Positions 1 to 8,100 of a DNA stretch of 47,543 nt are shown piece by piece; positions within the stretch are counted from its first letter, which is position 1; every line of letters begins with the position of its first letter. Source of the stretch: Craspedostauros australis (taxonomy: Eukaryota); assembly GCA_030167865.1 (NCBI GenBank), contig JALAGF010004293.1, positions 1-47,543 on the forward strand. The letters run 5' to 3'. The notes beneath the pieces were generated by a model, which was given only the letters and a program-made list of their open reading frames with translations, was not told where the DNA came from and ran no database searches. Made by a program: the position numbers and the translations under genes.

Positions 1-522
1 ATCATTTTTCGTGACGAACAACGTCATCCATTGACATTTCCTCTTCGTTGACTGGAGAGATGTTCGCGTTCTTTCGATGTCTTGCTTGTTCTTTGTGCTC
101 GCCTCCGCTCCGAATGCCACGCGGAAGACTATGATTCGTCAACGAAAGCGGCTATGCCAGCGCGGTGGTTTTGGAGTTCCTTGGCAGAGTTTTTAGCCTC
201 TTTCAGTCACAAAAGACACCGGCGCGCCAACAAAATAGGTCCAAACCGCCCTTGCTCGTAATCATCAGCCACGTCCGCCACATCCCTCCCGCAAACCTGC
301 GCTGGGACGCACGAGCACCCTCGTCGCCATCAGCCAGCGGCTTTGTGGAGAGAACGGAGCGAGGGGATCACGCAGAAGCAACGAAGACGACAAAGCGACC
401 ACACACGAGCCACAAAAGAGACGAAGGAAGAGCCAGACAAGGATCACCCCGCCTCTTTTTCCCCAAGCTCCAGCCAGGTGGACACACATCTTCCTGTCTC
501 TGCCATTGCAACCACGCGCATC

Positions 523-3098
523 ATGGACGACGAGCAGCCACCAGCACCAGCACCATCGCCTTCCGAGCCAGCACAAGAGCCGAACCATGATGATGACCGC
601 CAGGGTACTCGTCCTACCGACACGACGACGCCATTGCAAGCGCCGGTGAGAGTGACAGTGGGAACTCCGATCGGGACAGGCGTCGAGATGGATAAAGCCA
701 ATGATTCATCTGCGAGCGATACAGCAGGTGAGTTGCGCCCCGCGGCGTCATTCGTTGCGTCTCATTCGTGAAGGTTCTATTTGATGGCATGCCCGTTTCT
801 TGTGTATGGTTTCTCGACAACGACAAATATGGGTACCCACAAGTTTCATGTACCGCATCCCTTGTGCAACAGGCCCGCAGAATTGACCGATCACCCAGCC
901 ATGAGCAATGAAGTGGCACGAAGAGATGCGCACCATTCTGTGGAAAGAGCGACCCAGATGGAAGTGGTGCTTAGAATCATCCAAGCAGATGAATCTTCGC
1001 AGCCTGCTCACGGCCAGATTGATGAACGGAGAGCTGCCTGCTTCTCTCAAATCGCACAGAACCCCTTCCTCGCCAACCTACTCATGCAGACAAAGCTACG
1101 GGTATTCCTGGCGAGCTTCCGAAGGATCATCCGAAGAAGCAGCCGCAGCTCCGATCGAACGTCACCTCCCAACAATCCAAGTTGTGCAGTGTGGATCGCA
1201 CCATCCCTACCGAAACGAGTCCCTCCCAGAAAGCACATCAATCAAAAGCGTCTCCAACACGCCTACCTCGACTTTATGCCGAGGGTGGCACTCTCCAGAG
1301 GACGAGCAGCGGGTCAACGATTGATGGGTCCGTCATGCCAGCACCTCCACCGTTGAACCGCCATAGCCAACGGGTCACCCTTCCAGGTGCCTTTGAGAGC
1401 GGCAGTGGACTGCACGGAGGTGACGGCGGAGCTGGAGACATCATGCGTGATGACGTAGCGGCAGTCGACAATCCTGACAACCTTGCCAGCGTGCCGACGG
1501 TCCCAATCGCGGCGACGTTGGCGGCAACCGATGATGAAATCGCCGACCGCGTCAGAGAGGAGATGCAACAACAGTTCGATGAGCGTATGGAACTGGAAAT
1601 CCAGGAACGGGCGCAGGAACGGGTCTCCGGTGCTGTGTCAGCCGTCGCCGTCGCGGAAGTACCGACTGATTCTTCTGCGGACATGTTTGACGCGACGATG
1701 AAAACAGCATCATCGCTAACGGCGAAAGGGGCTGAAGGAGGACCATCGGCACAACAATCCAAGCGGATGCTGTACAGCGGACTTGGCGCAGTATGCCTCG
1801 TGGCCACCGTGTTGGTCCGTTCACAGGATGACTCGTCCAATGCAAGTCCGACGACTGGCTCCCCAACAGCGCCAAATATGGATCTGTATGTGGACAGACT
1901 CCTCCCCATCTTGGGCCACACACCGACTTTCACAAAGCGTGAAGCATTCGAGGATACTGACACTCCACAGTACAAGGCCATGGAGTGGCTCTCCACTTCC
2001 TACGATATCGATGAGGTGCAGTACAACATTCCCACCGGATTGGTTGCTGGTGACAACTCGACAGAGCTGAGCGTTGGTGATATACTAAACGCGAACGACG
2101 TCAGTCTCCGACACTTGATCGAACGGTATGCGGCAGTGGTGTTCTACTTTGCCACCGAGGGCCCAAACTGGCCATCGACTCAGCTCAATTTCTTGACACA
2201 AAACACATCCATTTGTGACTGGAATGACGCAGACGAGGCAGGAATCTTCTGCAACGAGACAGATGGGACCGTTCAGAGGCTCTTGTTGAACCATTTTGCC
2301 CTCGTTGGGACGTACCCGATGGAAACGTATTGTTTCTACAACATGCAAATTATCTGGGTCGAAGTCAATCCGTTCTTGGAGGGCACCATCTCCACCTTTA
2401 TCGGGAGCCTGCCAGAATTGCTCGAGTTTGATGTCGGAGATACCAAGTTCTCCGGAACTATCCCCTCCGAAATCGGCTACGCTCCGAAGCTTGAACTCCT
2501 CTATGTGTATGGCACGGACATCGGCGGTTCCATACCGACGGAAATTGGGCAAGTGTCGACGTTGGGACGTATATCGCTGATTGATTCCCAGGTGGGTGGA
2601 ACACTGCCCGTGGAGATGGCCCAACTGCTGAACATGCGGTATCTGCATCTTAGCGAGTCGTTGCTGCAGGGTGCGGTGCCGACGCAGTTTGCCAACATGA
2701 AGAAACTTGAAGAGGTGTGGCTCGAGGGTTCCGACTTGATTGGAAACCTGGATCCCATCTTCTGCCGAAGCGACCAACCTCTGATAGACGAGCTTGACGC
2801 TGATTGCAGAGATGATGGAGAAGATGCCGCACGAGTGGCATGTTCCTGCTGCACCAACTGCTGCTTTCAAGGAGGAGGGGATTGCATCTCATCTTGGGAG
2901 TCCAGGCCTGATCCATGTCACTATGGAGAATGCGTTTGGTGTGGCGATTCGAGATTTGCATCATCGTGCGACAAGTGTCTGGAGACGGGCAGCCCTGGCG
3001 AGGTGGCAAATGCAACGATGGGCGCGGAGCTGTGTGGGGCATCCTGCGCGTGGGACGCGGAGATGGAGACGTGCGGACCAAGGACGGACTTTGAATGA
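523..3098 (+). CDS. LRR receptor-like single-pass membrane protein (LRR-A), no kinase, with extra C-terminal 8-Cys module; predicted exons 523-727, 1060-3098 (~747 aa)
   Basis: ATG at 523 (MDDEQPPAP). Donor G|GTGAGT at 728 and acceptor ctctcaaatcgcacAG| at 1059 give a phase-1 join into the frame of ORF 1182..3098, which is open from 1026. The protein has a disordered N-terminus with LPGAF, a coiled segment and a hydrophobic helix LYSGLGAVCLVATVLV. It then has the diatom LRR cap TPQYKAMEWL...LIERYAAVVFYFATEGPNW...FLTQNTSICDW...GIFC, about 6-7 plant-type LRRs (GTIPSEIG, GSIPTEIG, GTLPVEMA) and the C-cap ADC...CSCCTNCC. The 5' exon assignment is less sure than the body. Confidence 0.88.
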
Positions 3099-3469
3099 TC
3101 ATCGGCTGCACCAAGGAGAAAGGCATTCTAGTTCGTAGAATACTTTTGCATGAGATGAGTATCGTCCGAGAGCATCCTTCGATTAGTTGTTTTCCATCAT
3201 TGCCGCCTGCCGTCAACCACGTGCCCAAAGCCATGCAGTCCAGCAAGTACAAGGTCAAAGCGCGATCCAGATCCAGGAGGTCCGTCCTGTCATTCCTCCA
3301 GACTAGCTCGTACTGTTGGATAGATCCCCAAAGAACATCGTCTGTTGCGCCGCCCACGGCACGACGATGACTCCGAGACTCCTCTCCGTCTCATACACAG
3401 AACTGCTCTGTGGTTGATACCGCTGCAGTGCGAGGCATCGGAAGTTCATCATCGGAAACGACCAGGCTG

Positions 3470-3540
3470 TGGTCCTTGACGCATCCCATCCCATTACGTT
3501 GGAGTAGAACTCCGCCGCAAGCTCCAGATCGCGGACTCGG
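3470..3540 (-). pseudogene. Possible glyoxalase/VOC-family N-terminal fragment
   Basis: RVRDLELAAEFYSNVMG matches the VOC-fold motif xVxDLxxAxxFYxxVLG. It is followed by an apparent 5-bp duplication (ATGGGATGGG), and no intact continuation is recognisable. Confidence 0.4.
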
Positions 3541-3550
3541 GGCCGAGACC

Positions 3551-3733
3551 TGCTTCTATGGAGAATGCGTGTGGTGTGGCGATTCCAGATTCGCGCCATC
3601 ATACGACAAGTGCTTGGAAACAGGCAGCTCGAGCTCTACGGAAGATGCGACGGTGAACGAGACGCTGTGCCGGGCATCTTGTACATGGGATGCGGACACC
3701 GAGACTTGCGGGCCGAGAACGGAGTTTGAATGA
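3551..3733 (+). pseudogene. Orphan duplicate of the last 60 codons (Cys-rich module + stop) of LRR-A
   Basis: CFYGECVWCGDSRFAPSYDKCLETGSSSSTEDATVNETLCRASCTWDADTETCGPRTEFE* aligns without gaps to 2916-3098 (42/60 aa identical by hand count), including the terminal TTTGAATGATC. No upstream LRR sequence is attached. Confidence 0.8.
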
Positions 3734-4313
3734 TCGACAACCTGACCATAAACCAACTTTCAAGTATATACACCGTACCTACTCATGCCACACACGCTCG
3801 TGGTCCATTGGAGACAGAGCTCCTCATCCCCACCACCCAAAGAACTTGCACCATGAACGCAAACGCCCCAGAATCGCCCACATCACCGTTCGGGGCAGCA
3901 AGGAGGCCGAGCGTCGATGTGACCGCAAGGATGGCAGGCCAGTGCGTGACGATGGGTTTGGAGCTACCTAGTCTTATGCGTGTAGCGTCAAAATTGCTTG
4001 AAATCACGTATGGTCAGTTGACTGGTACGACTAAAATATATCGACAAAGAACTTGAACGACTCGGCGGACCAAATCCATCCACAATGGCATCAAGTTTTC
4101 TTCCTACCGATCCAAACTTGTCACCGACCAAACACAACCATGAAAACAACAACGAGAGCGAAAACTCGTGAACCTGTTGGCGTGTTTTTGGCTCCTCTTC
4201 GTGTTGAGCTCACAAAATCAAACAACGATCAACGAAACCACAAACAAACCAACATCTCATACACTCACGAGTCCTCCCCACGTACCTACCTTTACATCAA
4301 CAATACTATCACC

Positions 4314-4925
4314 ATGGATATTACAACTCACACCTCTCTTCACCTCGCCAACCTCACCACGTTGGCCAAATCCATGCAATCCAACATGAACTGGATGGAA
4401 CGGGAAACTCGTTCTCTTGAACGGCAGCATCGTTGCTGGACTGTCTTGGTGTCTCAAGCCAAGATGCAAAAGCAAAAGCTCATCAAGGAAATCGAGGATC
4501 TCCGCAACGGATCGGCGGCAAAAGCACAAGTTGGACCTCAAGCTTCGGCACGCTCCATGCCAACGCCACGCAAGCTGGAGTTCGACTTTGGCGGAATGGA
4601 TGTTGAAACCCACAAGGAGCATGGTGCAAATATGGATGTGATCACTGCATCAACAGACGCATCGACAGACACATCACCAGAAACGAATAACAACATCTGC
4701 AACAACGATGACGCCACCGACGCATCCGTCAGCACCGTGGAGACAGCCTCCACATCTTCCGCAACAAGCGCAATTGGCGCAACAACGCCCAAGTCAACAC
4801 CGCGCATGAAGAGCGTGTCGAAGAAGTCGAGGCGCACTTCCAAGTGGTACCATCACTCCAACTCGCCAAAGAAGTGGAGGCGCATGACCCGATCCAAGCG
4901 TTTGCAATCCATTCTGCTGGCGTAG
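4314..4925 (+). CDS. Hypothetical protein (~203 aa): N-terminal coiled coil, S/T/D-rich linker, basic C-terminus
   Basis: Lies within ORF 4053..4925. The ATG at 4314 in ACCATGG context follows a CA-rich UTR-like stretch. Heptad-like MNWMERETRSLERQ...KMQKQKLIKEIEDL; basic tail KKSRRTSKWYHHSNSPKKWRRMTRSKRL. No family recognised. Confidence 0.65.
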   Translation: MDITTHTSLHLANLTTLAKSMQSNMNWMERETRSLERQHRCWTVLVSQAKMQKQKLIKEIEDLRNGSAAKAQVGPQASARSMPTPRKLEFDFGGMDVETHKEHGANMDVITASTDASTDTSPETNNNICNNDDATDASVSTVETASTSSATSAIGATTPKSTPRMKSVSKKSRRTSKWYHHSNSPKKWRRMTRSKRLQSILLA

Positions 4926-5137
4926 GCACAGCGTCTGCGTTGCAATACGAGTACAATTCAACCAGCTGAACATGAACCACAGCACTATTCAATAATAGGA
5001 TAAGCGCAAATGCTTCCAAAGAAACAACTTGACCGCGTAACAACATAACATGTAGCAACAGCAAACATGCATCATATTCGTACAGGTACTCGTGTGTACA
5101 TGTGTTCCGCGACGAAACAACAACAAAAATTGACAGC

Positions 5138-8100
5138 TTACGGATTAAATGTTTCCTCCGTCTTCCACACTTTGCGGCAACGTTCTCGCAGCAGCTCTTC
5201 CTTGCGAGCTGCGCCCCATTCGCCGTACAGCCGCAACGCTTCCAGGAAATGGTACTTGGCATTGTCCGAATCCCCATGATACAGCCACGCTTCCGCCAGA
5301 CGCTCATGGGCGATGGCTTGGTCCTGCGGGATGCCACGCCGACCTGCCAATCGGATGGCGCTTTCGAAGAACTTGCTGGCGGTATCCAGCATACCGCGTG
5401 ATGCTTCTTGTTCTCCATCCAGCATTGCCACGTAGTGGACGCAATTCGGGTTCCCCTTGTCCGCCCACGCCTTCAACCTGTCGCGGCACTTGCGCCCGTG
5501 GCGCTTGTATTTCTTGTCCTTGCTTTTGAATTTGGACGCCGCGAACGCCGCCAGACCGCTGATGTACGTGACGAAGATGCACCCGCTCTGACCAGGCAGC
5601 TTTTTGCAGTAATCATCCATGATGCTGGAGCCTATGCTGAAAGCGACATCCCACTCCCCAAAGTATAGCGCCGCGTACAGCTTGTATCGATACAGAATCA
5701 TCTGGAGAAGGGAGATGCTGCCAGAGGCAGAACCCACAACATTCCCCGAATTGCCGCCGCCACCATTCACGGAGCGTTGTTGCAGCTGACGCAGGATCAC
5801 GCGCTCGTCGAACGCGTCTCCCGTGAGCACGGTGCGACGGTTGGAGGATGACATGCCGCTCAGGTTCAGCACCACCTGCCAGTTCATGGCCAGGCACATG
5901 TACTGCAGCGACTGGTTCGTATCTTGGCACACCTTCGTGTAGGTCGAGAAGTCCCTATCCAGTGCAATCAACGAGGACCCCGTGTTCCAACTCGAATCCA
6001 GGTAGTAGTACATGCACCACATCGCCGATTCGACGTCGCCGCTCGCCATGCCGACGTGGTACGCATCAAGCAATGGCTCGCGGCAGGTCTCCCACGGCCG
6101 TGTCCAATTCAGAACCATGCCGTAGCATATGTACATCGTGCGGCATTCCGTCGTGAAATGGAAGTACGCGTCCTCGTCGTTGCTCTTCCGGTTGTACTCG
6201 AGCGGTGGCTCCGACCGTCGCTGTTGCAGAGACGCTGCGGCACCATCCTTGGTTGACGAAACGGTGAACGAGGATCGTCGTCGCGCAACGGCTGGACCGC
6301 CAACGACGTCGCTGCTGTCACCGCCGACCCCTTTCCCACGCTGGATCATCCCCACGGCGTTCTCCGCGTACATTGTTCCCATCGAGAAATCCCCCGTGAA
6401 GTAGGTCAGCAGCAACCCCAGCAAGGCGAACGCTGGCGGCGAGTCGTTCGTGATACCGGACTGCAACGTCCGACGCACGCTGCGGGTGATGACATTCGGC
6501 ATGAATTCTGGTTTCATGTAGTACGATGCCAGTATGACCTTGTCGAGGGTTTTCATGACGGCCTGCTGCACCGGATCCTCGTCGGCCCGAACGTACTGCA
6601 GCGTTTCCATGAGTTCCGGCGAAATGCGCTCGACGGAGATTTTGGTGTTGAGGATTCCGCGCACTGTGCGATTGAGGTTGCCTTTTTGGAAGGAAACCCC
6701 CAGCTGCGACAAAATCTCGATGCCCATGTCAATGACGTTGTACACTTCGCCGTTGGCGCTGGTGGTGGTCGCGTTCAACGGATTCATGGTGGTGGATACG
6801 GACGTGTTGGTGTGCGTGTTGATGACGGATTTGGATGCGGGTGCGCTGGTCATGTTGATGTTGTGCACCCCATTGACCGTCATCGTCTTGGTATTCGCGG
6901 CATTCTCCGCCATGAAGCTGGGATCGATGTTGGATAGCTGCTGCAATATCGAATCCATGAAGGTATGATACACGCGGATGTGGTCCAGCAGCAATGTTGT
7001 GCGCTTGCTGCTGGGTGTATTGGTGATCATGCCCATCACGGTCCCGCAGTACAACCGCATCTGTTCGTAATTCTGGTTGCACTGTGCGCATTCGGCCGCG
7101 TTGGAGTAGTACTGGCAACTGACCTGCTTGATGTCAACGTTCGCCAGTGGGTCATCTGTCGCGGACGATGGTGCATAAGCCGAGGCGTCCATCTCGTTGG
7201 GCAGCAACCGAATCGCGATCTTGTAATGCTCCGCCGCGGCGAGGAAGGAGCAGCAGGACGTGATGGCGCGCTGACCTACCACGTGATTGAGCTGAGATAC
7301 GGCGTAGCGCTTGGCCGTGTCGTTGCGAGGCAGCATGTCCAAGCGAATGTTCATGAGGTTGGTGATGAGGAAGACGAGGTTCGGGTTGGTGGATCCGTAT
7401 TCCTGGAACATGATATCGCCCATGCGGAATTGCAGCTCGGACAACTTGCTTTCGGAGATCAATTTGGCTGCCGCCTCCTGGATCGTTTCGTGCGTGAATT
7501 GGTAGTACCGGTCGACGTGGTGCGCGTTGGATGTTGCCGTGGAGACGACGTTGTAGAGGTTGTTGCCCTGCGCGCTGGATAGCTCCGTCATCCATCCCTC
7601 CTCCTGGCATATCTTCATGATGGCGTTGAGCTTCGTGGAATCGGCCAGCAACGATGGTGAGATTTCAAAGTACTGCTGAAAGAAGGCCTCATGTTCATTC
7701 TGCGCCGCGGCGGTCCTGTGTCCGCAGAAACCGTTGAGGATGAGCTGGATCATGGAATGGGAGATGGTGAATGTCCCGAGGCATGCGATGAGGGACAGGA
7801 CGTGCTTGGCCATGCTCTTGATGGAATTGGTGGTCGAGGAACGCAATGACAGCAGCGTCGCGGCTGTGGGGCTCGTGAAGATGGTGCCGGAGAGCTGGTA
7901 CTTGCAAAAATCTAGAATGGACGGTGCCTGCTGCGCGTGCTTCATGCGTTTGCGCAACAATCTGCGAATGGAGGGGACGTTGTCCTGCAGCATGTAATCC
8001 TTGGTGTCCGTCTGGTAGTGCATCATTTCCATTTGTAGCAGGGCGCGCAGGTACTGTTCGAGGAAGTAGAAATTGCCGTTGGTCATTTCGTGTAGGTATT

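Noticed and set aside
781..1356. 191-aa ORF / alternative acceptor at 880 for LRR-A intron 1
   Set aside because: Splicing there is in frame but stops at 1356 before the TM and LRRs. The acceptor at 1059 has a better pyrimidine tract and yields the full protein.
3783..4007. Hydrophobic 74-aa minus ORF resembling a membrane transporter fragment
   Set aside because: Short, with no reliable motif or gene structure.
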